Below, one piece after another: positions 11,251-25,450 of a stretch of DNA of 64,000 nucleotides. Every line of letters begins with the position of its first letter. The stretch's first letter is position 1. Position numbers and translations under genes: made by a program. The notes beneath the pieces are model-generated. The model worked only from the letters and a program-made list of their open reading frames with translations, did no database searches and had not been told where the DNA came from. The stretch is from Macrostomum lignano. Its lineage: Eukaryota. The stretch covers positions 744,001 to 808,000 of the forward strand of contig NIVC01000150.1 in assembly GCA_002269645.1 (NCBI GenBank), read 5' to 3'.

Positions 11251-12233
11251 GGAGAGTTATGGCAATTTTACTTTCTGGCATACAGAATTTTTTCAGCTTC
11301 GCGGAGCCTTCAAATGCCAGTTTAAATTACCGTCTGGAAGATACCCAATTCACCCAATCAAGCAGTGACCCCATGAAAGCGTCCCTATAATCGCGGCTGT
11401 GTATTGGTTTCAAAAAATTTCTTCTTTCTGTAACGGTAGTCAATTTTTTTTTACCTTTTAACCGATGCAAAGGAATGTCAGAAACATAAGGACAACACTT
11501 AAGTCCACAATAATTAACTGGTACATTTTAAATTATTTTAAACCTCATTTCTATTTTTGGAAACCGGATTAGTCACACCCGAATACTGTCTATGGCAAAA
11601 CATCGCTTGTTGCCATGCATTCTGTCAGTAAAAACCTTGAAAAATCGGCTTCAAAGACCGCAAAATAGGCGAGAAACTTCATAAGGAGGCTGGTCGAAAT
11701 TTCTGCCGACATTTTTCTGAATATTTCTGGCAGCCAGTAGAAGCAACAGGCAGTCATTTATGCTTTCTTTCGGGAAATCCCAGCGGAAAAAAAGAAAATC
11801 AAGCAGAGAGACAACGTTTTTCGTCGAAGGCCCACGCACCGGCTGGAAGACAGGTAGCGAGATTTCTTCAGGCTGTCAGGCTTTCTTTAGAAAGTCGTTC
11901 ATTTCTTCTGAAAGCAGAAGATTCCAAAGCAGCTTGTAGCTGGGTAGGCGGGCTAGTAGGTGAAGCTCGGCAGGTGCTGCTTTTTGTCTGCTAATTGGTC
12001 TGCAGTGCCGTCGGAAGTGAAACAGCAAAATGAAATCTGTGATGCTTGTGATGATGGCTAAGTTTGAGGACTTCTCTTGGGGGGATTCTGTTTTCGATGA
12101 CGGAGGAGCAGACGGGGCGGAGTTGAGATTGAGTTGGCTTGTGATGAATGGCAATGAGAGTAGCTGAGTTTGAGTCAAGGACTGGCTCCGATGTTCGAAA
12201 TGAGAAGATATGGGAACAGGGAGATTGGACTGG

Positions 12234-12542
12234 GAGTGACAGTGACAGTGACAGTGATGTGACAGTGACAGTATCAGTGACAGTGACAGTGACAGTGACA
12301 GTGACAGTGACAGTGATGTGACAGTGACAGTATCAGTGACAGTGACAGTGACAGTGACAGTGACAGTGACAGTGCCAGTGACAGTGACAGTGACAGTGAC
12401 AGTGACAGTGACAGTGGCAGTGACAGTGGCAGTGACAGTGACAGTGACAGTGACAGTGCCAGTGACAGTGGCAGTGACAGTGGCAGTGACAGTGACAGTG
12501 ACAGTGACAGTGACAGTATCAGTGACAGTGACAGTGACAGTG
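12234..12542. repeat. (GTGACA)n hexamer
   Basis: Read directly. Confidence 0.95.
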
Positions 12543-13079
12543 AAGGCTGTGAGCGGCAACTGCATAGCAGCATTTGAACAGGCCCTCTGCAGACTCCCCC
12601 AGAAAGGCAGAAATTATTTTCCCCATTCCGAGAATCAGAACTTCAACCAGAGAGGAGCTAAGTGGTAAATCTGGTCAGCCCCGCTCGTGCCTTATTGATG
12701 AGCTGGTACTTGACTCGGAATTCACTTGACTCGGCTGGCGTGAGGCAGAACAATATTTGCAGATACAGACTGCTATAACTGTGCAACTCTGGCACAGCCG
12801 AACATTAAGCTTGATTTCTCGACATGCTCCAAAGCTATTAAAGAGGTTTTGTTTACTTGAGCTGAGCGCCTGGTTCGTCTGAAACTTTTAAGCTGACTTT
12901 GCCTTATTTGGTCTCGACTTCCTATAATGCTATCTGGAATTTAGATGTTTTGAATTCGATATAGTCTACTGTACTAAGGCAGTAAGTAGTATGATTGGAA
13001 TATTTTCTATTTAAAGTTACATTTGCTTCTTCATGGAATGAACAAAATCTTTTATTTTTCATTGTGGTTTTCTAGTTCC

Positions 13080-13459
13080 GGCGATTCTCATCGGGCGATT
13101 CTCATCGGGCGATTCTCATCGGGCGATTCTCATCGGGCGATTCTCATCGGGCGATTCTCATCGGGCGATTCTCATCGGGCGATTCTCATCGGGCGATTCT
13201 CATCGGGCGATTCTCATCGGGCGATTCTCATCGGGCGATTCTCATCGGGCGATTCTCATCGGGCGATTCTCATCGGGCGATTCTCATCGGGCGATTCTCA
13301 TCGGGCGATTCTCATCGGGCGATTCTCATCGGGCGATTCTCATCGGGCGATTCTCATCGGGCGATTCTCATCGGGCGATTCTCATCGGGCGATTCTCATC
13401 GGGCGATTCTCATCGGGCGATTCTCATCGGGCGATTCTCATCGGGCGATTCTCATTGGG
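13080..13459. repeat. Perfect 14-bp minisatellite (gggcgattctcatc)
   Basis: About 27 identical units. Confidence 0.97.
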
Positions 13460-13932
13460 CGGTTCTATCTATGTGTTAGTCTTAGTCCTAGCTAGTAGAA
13501 TTTCGCAATTAATTTCATAACTTTTTTGCCCAAAGTTCATTTCCATTTTCTTGAACAATTCCAGCAGTTTTATTCTGTTTGCCCCAACAAAAAGCAAAAT
13601 TCCTGAAATAAAATCCTCCAGTTTACAACGCAGGTTTCTGCTGTCTTCCTGCACTCAAACCTGACTTGATAGCATCTCCAAAATCAAAATTCCTTTTCAG
13701 ACTTTCGGCTCGCTGGGAATTTTTGGCCCTGATATTTTTATTACAGCGGGACCCAGTTGCCGGATTGCACAATCACCCGATAGTGAAATGAAGTGTGTGA
13801 TCGAAATTGTGTGGGAAATTCTGCCTAACTGTGGGCAGCTTTGTGCAGCCATTCAATAATTTCTGGAGTAGCAATGGGACTGGGGCCGATTCGGAGGAAT
13901 TTTGCAACGCGTGAATGATTCATGTACTCACG

Positions 13933-14770
13933 CATTCACACAGCTTTATCACACCCCTTCATTCACACAGCTTTATCACACCCCTTCATTCACACAGCTT
14001 TATCACACCCCTTCATTCACACAGCTTTATCACACCCCTTCATTCACACAGCTTTATCACACCCCTTCATTCACACAGCTTTATCACACCCCTTCATTCA
14101 CACAGCTTTATCACACCCCTTCATTCACACAGCTTTATCACACCCCTTCCTTCACACAGCTTTATCACACCCCTTCATTCACACAGCTTTATCACACCCC
14201 TTCATTCACACAGCTTTATCACACCCCTTCCTTCACACAGCTTTATCACACCCCTTCATTCACACAGCTTTATCACACCCCTCCTTCACACAGCTTTATC
14301 ACACCCCTTCATCCACACAAATTTATTCACATCCCTTCATTCACACAACTTTATTCACATCCCTTCATTCACACAGCTTTATCACACCCCTTCATTCACA
14401 CAGCTTTATCACACCCCTTCCTTCACACAGCTTTATCACACCCCTTCATTCACACAGCTTTATTCACATCCCTTCATTCACACAACTTTATTCACACCCC
14501 TTCATTCACGACTTTATTATTCACGCCCCTTTATTCACACAACTTTATTCACGCCCCTTCATTCACACAACTTTATTCACGCCCCTTCATTCACACAACT
14601 TTATTCACACTTCTTCATTCACACAACTTTATTCACGCCCCTTCATTCACACAGCTCTATACACATCTGCTCATTCACAAAAGTTTATTCACACCCCTTC
14701 ATTCACGACTTTATTCACGCCCTTTCATTCACACAAATGATTCACTCCCCTTCATTCACGACTTTATTTA
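13933..14770. repeat. 27-bp minisatellite (cacagctttatcacaccccttcattca), degenerating rightward
   Basis: Read directly. Confidence 0.93.
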
Positions 14771-15954
14771 CACCTCTTCGTGCACACAGTGCCTGCTTTT
14801 TTCACGAAGCATCCCTATATTCACACTATGACTCTTTCACTTATAGCGCCTCTTCAATTCACACAGCTCAAACTCCAGTCAGGAATTCCATAATAGTCTC
14901 TGAATAGAAATTCTTTAGTGTAAATCCTAGAGCGCATCTGATTGGCTGACGGAGAGCCAATAGAATCTCTTCAAAAGCCGTCTCAGTGTCAGGCCACCTT
15001 GGGCGGAGACCCCAACCAGTATTTGTAGAGGCAACTGCCCGGCTTCCTGTGGCTCAAGCTGAGTAAAAATTAGTTTCGACATTTCCCCTCGAAGTTTTGA
15101 TTAGCATCCCATAGCCGCGCGAATCGCACACTTTACTTATCTCCGGAAATTGGAAATCTCCAATTGGAAACTTGGGAAACACAGCTGGAACACTGTCGCC
15201 ACGAGACATGCCCGTGCCTGGGATCTGCCAGTTTCTGTCCCAGTTCAAAGCGGTAAGTTTTGTTTATATGAAATCCTCCACTGTGCGCAATTTCAACTCT
15301 GTTAGCAATAAAATTTTCTGGTTGAAGTGTAGGGCTGGGAGGTCATTGTGACCCGGTTCAGTGACCAAGTTAAGAAGCCCCGATCTGTGAGGTGATAAAC
15401 ATCATCATCTGCAGTTTATAATCGAGTTGCAAATTGTTTTTTAAAAAACTGCCACAAAAGACACTGTTAGCTACCAGGCCACTTGAAAATGAAACAAAAC
15501 TTCATTCAACAAAACGAACTGTTTCGAAATTGGATTGTGCAAGGAAATTGTAGCTGCAGCGCTGCTTCTGTGTGTGAGAGTGTGTTAAATAGAGTAAGCC
15601 CGCCCTGGCAACTACAATTAAAACAAAGCTCTGGCATGGGAACTGCAGGGCGGAGAGGGAAGGGTGGAGTAGCACAAATGTTAAACTGCTGGGTTATAAA
15701 TTGTTTCACAAGCACGAGAGCCGCCAGCAAAGTCTGGCAGAAACTGAAATGACTTTATTGCGGATTAGCGCGCTATTAGAAAACTGGGGGGGGGGGTTGT
15801 CAAACTTAGCGCAGCAATAACTCATAGCTCGGCTTGACATGCTAGCGCCGTTGTTGAGAACGAATTCTAAGTGTTTAAGCAGTACCAGCAAGTGTGCAGA
15901 CATTGAGACAGAATGGGGAAGAGGACAACGAGCGATTGCGAGAGAACTAGAAAC

Positions 15955-16175
15955 ATGAGGGGAGTGTAAAGGGAGAGGTATAGGTAGAGAGAGATGTAGA
16001 GGTAGAAGGAGTGGGGGAGAGAGAGGAGAGATAGAAGGGTAGAGGTAGAGGGAGAGATAGAGGGAGAGTTAGAGGTAGAGGTATGAGATAGAGGGGTAGA
16101 GAGAGGGAAAGGTAGAGAGAGGTATGAGATAGAGAGGTAGAAGGAGAGAGGCAAAGGTAGAGTGAGAAGCTGAGG
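15955..16175. repeat. Purine-rich low-complexity tract
   Basis: AG/GGTAGA-rich sequence. Confidence 0.75.
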
Positions 16176-16907
16176 CAGAGGCAGGCAAAGGGCTCGTAAA
16201 GCAGATAATTAATCTCTGACTTCGCAGCAGAAAAACAACAAGCACCTTTGCAAGTAGAGAATGCATCCGCGGAGGCTTCTTCAGTCGCGCGCTTCAACGC
16301 GCGAGTAGATTAAATTGTATTTAAATTGCTCCAAAAAGTACTCCTAGCAGCAGCAGCTATAGAAATTGTGCAACTATTTCTCTAGCAAAAGCTTCTCAAC
16401 AACTGCTCAGGGCCTCTTCTTTAGTTCGAGTTGAGAGTTCAAGCGCTCAAGGCTAGGGCTAAAATTTAAGAGATCGCGCCCTTGCCCAGGGAGTTGAGCA
16501 GCAGCTCGGCGCAGACAGGCGGGCCTCTAAAAATCGAATTTGTCCCCCTCGATTCGAACACTTGAACTTCGGCATCTAATTGGGATGCTGACAGCAGCGA
16601 GGAGTCTGGGCCTGGGGACTCAGCCATGACCTGCTCGGGTGTAGAAAATCCACTTAGCAACGGGTGGGCAGGATGTTTGGCTCAAGCCCGCCCCCCCCAA
16701 ATGCCCAGATACTGCCAGCCTCCCAGCTTCATCTCTCTCCAGCGTGTAATTTCATCATCACATGGCTCACAGTTTCGTGGAAACCTTGCCCAAATTCAAT
16801 TCAATACACTAACACAATGTAGAATTTGCCAATGCTCCTAAATTGTGCTCCGGTCCCGTGTTGCTTACAACTTTGTCAATTTCTTCAAAAAGGTACTCAT
16901 AAAACTT

Positions 16908-16944
<37 letters not shown>

Positions 16945-17186
16945 ATCGATTTCTCTGACCAATCTGGATAATTTGAAGTTGACTCAAATTATCGACTGCG
17001 ACTGGGAGTTGAGGACGCCCGGGGGTCAAAGGGCGTAACCTGCTGCTCTGACGGTGCATCCACTGAGACCACTCTGTGTCTCCCTGTCGCACCTGTGCCA
17101 ATCTCTGAGCTCTGCTTGCAAAACTGAAAAATAACGGCTTTAGCTCCTATATGAGGCTGTTTCCTTGTGTTTCCAATCCGCTCTTT

Positions 17187-17525
17187 TCTCCTCTCTCCTC
17201 GCCTCTCCTCTCCTCTCCTCTCCTCTTCTCTCCTCTCCTCTCCTCTCCTCTCCTCTCCTCTCCTCTCCTCTCCTCTCCTCTCCTCATCTCTCCTCTCCTC
17301 ATCTCTCCTCTCCTCATCTCTCCCCTCCCCTCCTCTCCTCTCCTCTCCTCTCCTCTCCTCTCCTCTCCTCTCCTCTCCTCTCCTCTCCTCTCCTCTCCTC
17401 TCCTCTCCTCTCCTCTCCTCTCCTCTCCTCTCCTCTCCTCTCCTCTCCTCTCCTCTCCTCTCCTCTCCTCTCCTCTCCTCTCCTCTCCTCTCCTCTCCTC
17501 TCCTCTCTTCTCCTCTCCCCTCCTC
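17187..17525. repeat. (CTCCT)n pentamer
   Basis: Read directly. Confidence 0.95.
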
Positions 17526-18112
17526 TTCTTATCAAGCCCCCTACCTTTCTCTACTAATATCTCCCTAAAATACGCTCGTAATATTCTTCACCATTTCATC
17601 ATCATCATTCCATTCTCTATCTTCCTTTTCGCTATCGTTCGTCTTCATCAAATTCTCCCCCACCATCAGCTTTTTATGGCCTCCTACTTTCCAGCTTCCT
17701 CCTCCGATATTATCAGTCTCATCTACCGTAGCCACGCTATCTCTCCCGATCCCGTGCTCAAAAATGCGGTGCAAGTTTCGCTAACCGGCTTTCGCTCTGC
17801 CTTAGTGGCGAATGCAGCAGTTTGCATGTGGTAGAGGTGGGATAACGGCCTGCCTTCATGCGGCCGATCCGGTTTCAACTGAGAGGATGAGGCGGGTCTG
17901 CTTCCCCCCCCCCCTACTGAACTCTCCCTTTTCCCATAATCTGCCTCGAGTGGGGCGCGGCAATGTGCGCAGTGGGCCCGCGTCACCGCTGCGAACCCAG
18001 TTGATATTTTCACACTCCAGCGACCCCGAATGCTTGGCGGCAACTTTATTGAGGGCCTTTGAAATGCGAGACCGCTAGGAGCGGCGTCATTAAGCTGCCT
18101 GGGTAAGCGGGG

Positions 18113-18700
<588 letters not shown>

Positions 18701-19371
18701 GCATGGGAGCCCAGCAGCTCCTCAGCCACTAGAACTGAAAGCCAACCCAAGCCGGCAGACCTGTCGAGTCGCTCAGACAGACAAAACTCTCGTCACCAAA
18801 GCAAGCCGCAGCAGAGGCTTCGCATCTCAGATTTCAAGGCGGAGTGAACCGGATAAAGAAAACTTTCGATATGCCAACAGTTTCGGTTTACCGATTGAGA
18901 CTTCGATTGTACGCAGCCTCCCTGAGTCCCTTCATCCTTGAGGGTTCAGCTACCGTCTTCTCTCTCTCTCTCCATGGCGGATACTTGAGAATCCCCACCG
19001 CTAGTCAGAGCTATGAGCAGTGGGGCTTCACCCCCAGCCCACACCCCATCCTGCTCGAACAATGGCATAAGCCGGGCGAACGCAGTGTTCCGAAAGTGAT
19101 TCCCTCACTGCTGGCCTGCAACCAGCCAATGCCCGCGCAGTCAGAGCCGGCCAAACCGACCGAAAGTCCGCAGCGCCATCAACCGTCCCCCCTCCACTGC
19201 CCTGTCAGGAGATCGTTGGGAAAGTTTTTGAGTGATCAAATCTTTAGCCTTCCAGACTTGATTCGGGTGAGTCAGCGACTCAGTCTTCAGTGTTAAGAAA
19301 TATATGGCTGTATGATGTCAGCGAAAAATCATATGGTAGTTATTAAATTAGCTCGTAGTTGATTTAAGATC

Positions 19372-19610
19372 AAATAGGCGTCACTTCAGGATCAGATAGG
19401 CGTCACTTCAGGATCAGATAGGCGTCACTTCAGGATCAGATTGGCGTCACTTCAGGATCAGATTGGCGTCACTTCAGGATCAGATTGGCGTCACTTCAGG
19501 ATCAGATTGGCGTCACTTCAGGATCAGATAGGCGTCACTTCAGGATCAGATTGGCGTCACTTCAGGATCAGATTGGCGTCACTTCAGGATCAAATTGGCG
19601 TCACTTTAGG
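19372..19610. repeat. 22-bp minisatellite (gatcagattggcgtcacttcag)
   Basis: About 11 units, abutting the next array. Confidence 0.93.
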
Positions 19611-20875
19611 ATCAGAGTGCCAAATTTAGGATCAGAGTGCCAAATTTAGGATCATATTGCCAAATTTAGGATCAGAGTGCCAAATTTAGGATCAGAGTTC
19701 CAAATCTAGGATCATAGTGCCAAATTTAGGATCATAGTGCCAAATTTAGGATCATAGTGCCCAATTTAGGATCAGAGTGCCAAATGTAGTATCATAGTGC
19801 AAAATCTAGGATCATAGTGCCAAATTTAGGATCATAGTGCCAAATTTAGGATCAGAGTGCCAAATTTAGGATCAGAGTGCCAAATTTAGGATCAGAGTGC
19901 CAAATGTAGTATCATAGTGCAAAATCTAGGATCATAGTGCCAAATTTAGGATCATAGTGCCAAATTTAGGATCAGAGTGCCAAATTTAGGATCAGAGTGC
20001 CAAATTTAGGATCAGAGTGCCAAATTTAAGATCATAGTGCCAAATTTAGGATCATAGTGCAAAATTTAGGATCATAGTGCGAAATTTAGGATCATAGTGC
20101 CAAATTTAGTTTTAGAGTGCCAAATTTAGGATCATAGTGCCAAATTTAGGATCAGAGTGCCAAATTTAGGATCAGAGTTCCAAATCTAGGATCATAGTGC
20201 CAAATTTAGGATCATAGTGCCAAATTTAGGATCAGAGTGCCAAATTTAGGATCAGAGTTCCAAATCTAGGATCATAGTGCCAAATTTAGGATCAGAGTGC
20301 CAAATTTAGGATCAGAGTGCCAAATTTAGGATCATAGTGCCAAATTTAGGATCCGAGTGCCAAATTTAGGATCAGAGTTCCAAATCTAGGATCATAGTGC
20401 CAAATTTAGGATCAGAGTGCCAAATTTAGGATCATAGTGCCAAATTTAGGATCAGAGTGCCAAATTTAGGATCAGAGTTCCAAATCTAGGATCATAGTGC
20501 CAAATTTAGGATCCGAGTGCCAAATTTAGGATCAGAGTTCCAAATCTAGGATCATAGTGCCAAATTTAGGATCAGAGTGCCAAATTTAGGATCATAGTGC
20601 CAAATTTAGGATCAGAGTGCCAAATTTAGGATCAGAGTTCCAAATCTAGGATCATAGTGCCAAATTTAGGATCCGAGTGCCAAATTTAGGATCAGAGTTC
20701 CAAATCTAGGATCATAGTGCCAAATTTAGGATCAGAGTGCCAAATTTAGAATCAGAGTGCCAAATTTAGGATCAGAGTGCCAAATTTAGAATCAGAGTGC
20801 CGAATTTAGGATCAGGGTGCCAAATTTAGGATCAAAGTGCCACATTTAGGATCAGGGTGCCACATTTAGGATCAG
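19611..20875. repeat. 20-bp minisatellite (gatcagagtgccaaatttag) with 160-bp higher-order repeat
   Basis: About 63 units; variant atccgagtgc at 20351, 20511 and 20671. Confidence 0.95.
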
Positions 20876-21402
20876 AGTTGTATGCGGGACTCACTCCAAT
20901 GCGGCAGGCCATAACCTCGAGACGTTGAGCAACCAACTTTGGTAATTGAGAGCTGAGCCCGGAGACTCGGAGGCCGTCAGCCAAACTCCAGCCTCTCACA
21001 GCGGCAGCCTCAAACAAACCAACCCTCGGGAGAGGCGTTAAAAACGGGCAATAAAACAGCGTTTTAATTATCTCTGAGTCTGAGAGCTTCAATAGGGGAA
21101 CACGGGGACTGACACATGCAGACACACACACCTGCTCTAAACCTCTCTTATCAATTGATGGGCAGAGTTACAACCACTGATGTCATAAAAATGGCACGTT
21201 ATCTACTATGTGCATAGGTATATACAGGGTTTTCCAGAAAGTTCTCCCGGAAAGCAAACTGAATTTTCTTGCTTAAAGAATCATAAAGATACTGTAGTTT
21301 TCTTTTTAAAAAACCCCGTCATGCACTGCTCAACATGATTTCCCTTGTTGACCAACCTGTATATACGGGTATAACTTTCTATATCATGTTAAGTTAGAAA
21401 AC

Positions 21403-21699
21403 AAGGGGTTCTAGCATAGTGGTGAGAGCGTCGGACTCAGGATTGAAAGGTCGGGGGTTCGATTCCCGACCCACTGGAACAATTTGTGCCCTTGAGAAAG
21501 ACACTTAACTCTGCATTGCTTCAGTTCACCCAGCTGTAAAATGGGTGCCAGCATTAGCTGGGGTAATTGAGGGTGTGTGGCGACCCCCCCCCCAGTCCTT
21601 GGACTGAACAGCCGTACGCAGCCTTCAGATGCTCCGCGCAATAGCTGCGGCTGAGCTGCCCATTAGGCAGGTGCAATCAATTATTGTAATCAATTTTAC
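21403..21699 (+). mobile_element. SINE family A, full length, probable 12-bp TSD
   Basis: Near-identical to the 4554 copy; flanked by AAGTTAGAAAAC (21391-21402) and AAGTTATAAAAC (21700-21711), one mismatch. Confidence 0.85.
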
Positions 21700-22794
21700 A
21701 AGTTATAAAACTCACATCCAAATTTAAAAGCCTGTAAAAGACAGGTAGGTTGGGCCATAGACAGCAGGCAAATACCTGTCTTTTTTCTCATCGGCTATCA
21801 ACTTTTTGAATGTCTGTTTCATGTTGAATGTCTCATTTTCAGCATAAAAGTATAAGATTCCCACTGATAACGTTTCTCAACATTTCAGCCAACTGTTTTG
21901 AGGGCCTGATATCTAATCAAGCTGCCACTTCGAACGCTCAGCAACTGTCTGCACTCTCTCAGCTACGCGAGTCTGTCCATCATCAACTGCTTGATGATGG
22001 AAAAGCTTGGACAGCATCAATCAAGGCTGACAGTGAATTCTGTACTGCTGGCTGGCACTGTTCTCATGCTCAATTCATTGCTTGTTGGTAAGAGTTGCTT
22101 AATTAATAAGCTGCGTTTTTGTGTGTCCCGAATTGATAGTCATAAATCAGCTTGCCTGCGCAAAGACAGTTCTGTGTTTTTTCTGCGGCTCAAACGTCAT
22201 TGCCTGCCCCCCCCCGTCTGGTCCTCCGGGTTTATTTCAAACAAATGACCTGAACAGTGTTTCAAATAACCCCAGTAGTTCGTGTTTTTTTTAGTTGAGA
22301 AGCGGTTGCAGCAGACGCCATCTGCTTTTACAATTCCCATAAGAAGCGTGAGCTATCGCCTGCAGAGGCAAAGAGCAGAGACGCTTGGGGGTATCAACTG
22401 CACTCCCCTTCTGTTGATTGACTTGCTCTATAAAGAAAAACTCTCCAGACTTCAACAACGGTTTTTTGTCCTCGGAAAGGAAGGAGAGGGGGAGGAGGGT
22501 GGAGAGGAGGGTGGGGCACAGGAGGAGTAACTGAGCTGAGCTTGGGGGAGGGTGAGACTCAGTTATGAATTTCAAAAAGTTTCTCTCTGTGTGTCTAGAA
22601 TCACACTCGGGTCTTGGCCTCATGCAGTGACCCAATGCAAGACTAAAAATTTCTTAACGAACTCTTGACTAAACTTGTCCAAACATCAAATCGATTAACA
22701 CTTCAAATAGACGAAATCAAAAGAGAGAAAGTTGACCTGCATCCAAGCATTCGGATAGTTTGAGATTTGGGCTTGAGAAACTGCGCTTACAACT

Positions 22795-23195
22795 ACAGTA
22801 CAGTATCAGAGTGCCTGCATACAGTATCTGTGTGCCTGCATACAGTATCAGTGTGCCTGCATACAGTATCAGAGTGCCTGCATACAGTATCAGTGTGCCT
22901 GCATACAGTATCAGTGTGCCTGCATACAGTATCAGTGTGCCTGCATACAGTATCAGAGTGCCTGCATACAGTATCAGAGTGCCTGTATACAGTATCAGAG
23001 TGCCTGCATACAGTATCTGTGTGCCTGCATACAGTATCAGTGTGCCTGCATACAGTATCAGAGTGCCTGCATACAGTATCAGTGTGCCTGCATACAGTAT
23101 CAGTGTGCCTGCATACAGTATCAGTGTGCCTGCATACAGTATCAGAGTGCCTGCATACAGTATCAGTGTGCCTGCATACAGTATCAGAGTGCCTG
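22795..23195. repeat. 21-bp minisatellite (catacagtatcagtgtgcctg)
   Basis: About 19 units. Confidence 0.95.
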
Positions 23196-23864
23196 CTCGG
23201 GGGTCATTTATGTACTTTAGGGAAGAAATCCACCTTAAATTTATTGTTTTTGCTCCTAGTGGTCCTTGAACAGCTCCAAAAATGTTGGTATATAGTGTAT
23301 TAATTATGAACTCATATTTAATTAAACTTGCTTTCTATAAGCAAACAGCAAGAGGCGTTCTTGAGTGCTTCGCCTGCATGCGACTTCGATTTTCTTGTGA
23401 GTTTAGGGAACCAAGGCGGTCTTTGTTATTTCATCTTTGTCGGAGAAGCCTGAAGCGCGAGGACTGCAATTGAGAAAAAAGTTACCCTGAGTTGCGTGTT
23501 TCACTTAGGGAGCCCCCTTGAAAACCCAAAGCTTTGATTGATGCCTTTCAGCTCCTTGATTCGCGGAAACACAGGCCGAGCCGCCTCACAAGAGCTGAGA
23601 GCCAGGCAGTGCCTGTAAATATTTAATATTGTAATTTGCACAAATTCTGGCTGCTACCATCGCTCAGAGGCTCACCAGCGCCGGCTGCTGCTCCCCGACG
23701 GCCTCTGAAACCTGCCCTGACTCTGATTTGTTTGCGTTTGCAAAGTTGATTCTGTTGCTGAGTGGAGGGGGGGGGACTCAGACACTGAGACTTGGGAGGC
23801 GACTGTCGCCACAGCTGCACCTCTGTGCTATCTTTTTCAAACTCTATGCCAACCTCTCACTGTC

Positions 23865-25450
23865 TCCTTCTCCGGCTCTCTCTCTCTCCCCCTCTCTCTG
23901 TCTCCTTCTTTGGCTCTCTCTCTCCCCTCTCTCTGTCTCCTTCTCTCCTTCTTCGGCTCTCTCTCTCCCCTCTCTCTGTCTCCCTCTTCGGCTCTCTACC
24001 TCTCCCCCCTCTCTCTGTCTCCTTCTTCGGCTCTCTCCCTCTCCCCCCTCTCTCTGTCTCCTTCTTCGGCTCTCTCTCTCCCCTCTCTCTGTCTCCTTCT
24101 TCGGCTCTCTCCCTCTCCCCCCTCTCTCTGTCTCCTTCTTCGGCTCTCTCTCTCTCCCTCTCTCTGTCTCCTTCTCTCCTTCTTCGGCTCTCTCTCTCCC
24201 CTCTCTCTGTCTCCTTCTTCGGCTCTCTCCCTCTCCCCCCTCTCTCTGTCTCCTTCTTCGGCTCTCTCTCTCCCCCTCTCTCTCTGTCTCCTTCTTCGGC
24301 TCTCTCTCTCCCCCTCTCTCTGTCTCCTTCTTCGGCTCTCTCTCTCTCCCCTCTCTCTGTCTCCTTCTTCGGCTCTCTCTCTCCCCTCTCTCTGTCTCCT
24401 TCTTCGGCTCTCTATCTCTCTCTCCCCCTCTCTCTGTCTCCTTCTCTCCTTCTTCGGCTCTCTCTCTCCCCCTCTCTCTGTCTCCTTCTTCGGCTCTCTC
24501 TCTCCCCTCTCTCTGTCTCCTTCTTCGGCTCTCTATCTCTCTCTCCCCCTCTCTCTGTCTCCTTCTCTCCTTCTTCGGCTCTCTCTCCCCCTCTCTCTGT
24601 CTCCTTCTTCGGCTCTCTCTCTCTCCCCTCGATCTGTCTACTTCTTCGGCTCTCTCTCTCCCCTCTCTCTGTCTCCTTCTTCGGTTCTCTCTCTCCCCCT
24701 CTCTCTGTCTCCTTCTTCGGCTCTCTCTCTCTCCCCTCTCTCTGTCTCCTTCTTCGGCTCTCTCTCTCCCCTCTCTCTGTCTCCTTCTTCGGCTCTCTAT
24801 CTCTCTCTCCCCCTCTCTCTGTCTCCTTCTCTCCTTCTTCGGCTCTCTCTCTCCCCCTCTCTCTGTCTCCTTCTTCGGCTCTCTCTCTCTCCCCTCGATC
24901 TGTCTACTTCTTCGGCTCTCTCTCTCCCCTCTCTCTGTCTCCTTCTTCGGCTCTCTATCTCTCTCTCCCCCTCTCTCTGTCTCCTTCTCTCCTTCTTCGG
25001 CTCTCTCTCCCCCTCTCTCTGTCTCCTTCTTCGGCTCTCTCTCTCCCCTCTCTCTGTCTCCTTCTTCGGCTCTCTATCTCTCTCTCCCCCTCTCTCTGTC
25101 TCCTTCTCTCCTTCTTCGGCTCTCTCTCTCCCCCTCTCTCTGTCTCCTTCTTCGGCTCTCTCTCTCTCCCCTCTCTCTGTCTCCTTCTTCGGCTCTCTCT
25201 CTCTCCCCTCTCTCTGTCTCCTTCTTCGGCTCTCTCTCTCTCCCCTCTCTCTGTCTCCTTCTTCGGCTCTCTCTCTCTCCCCTCTCTCTGTCTCCTTCTT
25301 CGGCTCTCTCTCTCCCCTCTCTCTGTCTCCTTCTTCGGCTCTCTATCTCTCTCTCCCCCTCTCTCTGTCTCCTTCTCTCCTTCTCCGGCTCTCTCTCTCC
25401 CTCTCTCCCCTCTCTCTGTCTCCTTCTCCGGCTCTCTATCTCCCCCTCTC
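23865..25450. repeat. C/T-rich composite minisatellite (ctctctgtctccttcttcggctctctctc..., about 30-34 bp)
   Basis: Read directly; source of three ORFs of over 500 aa. Confidence 0.93.
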
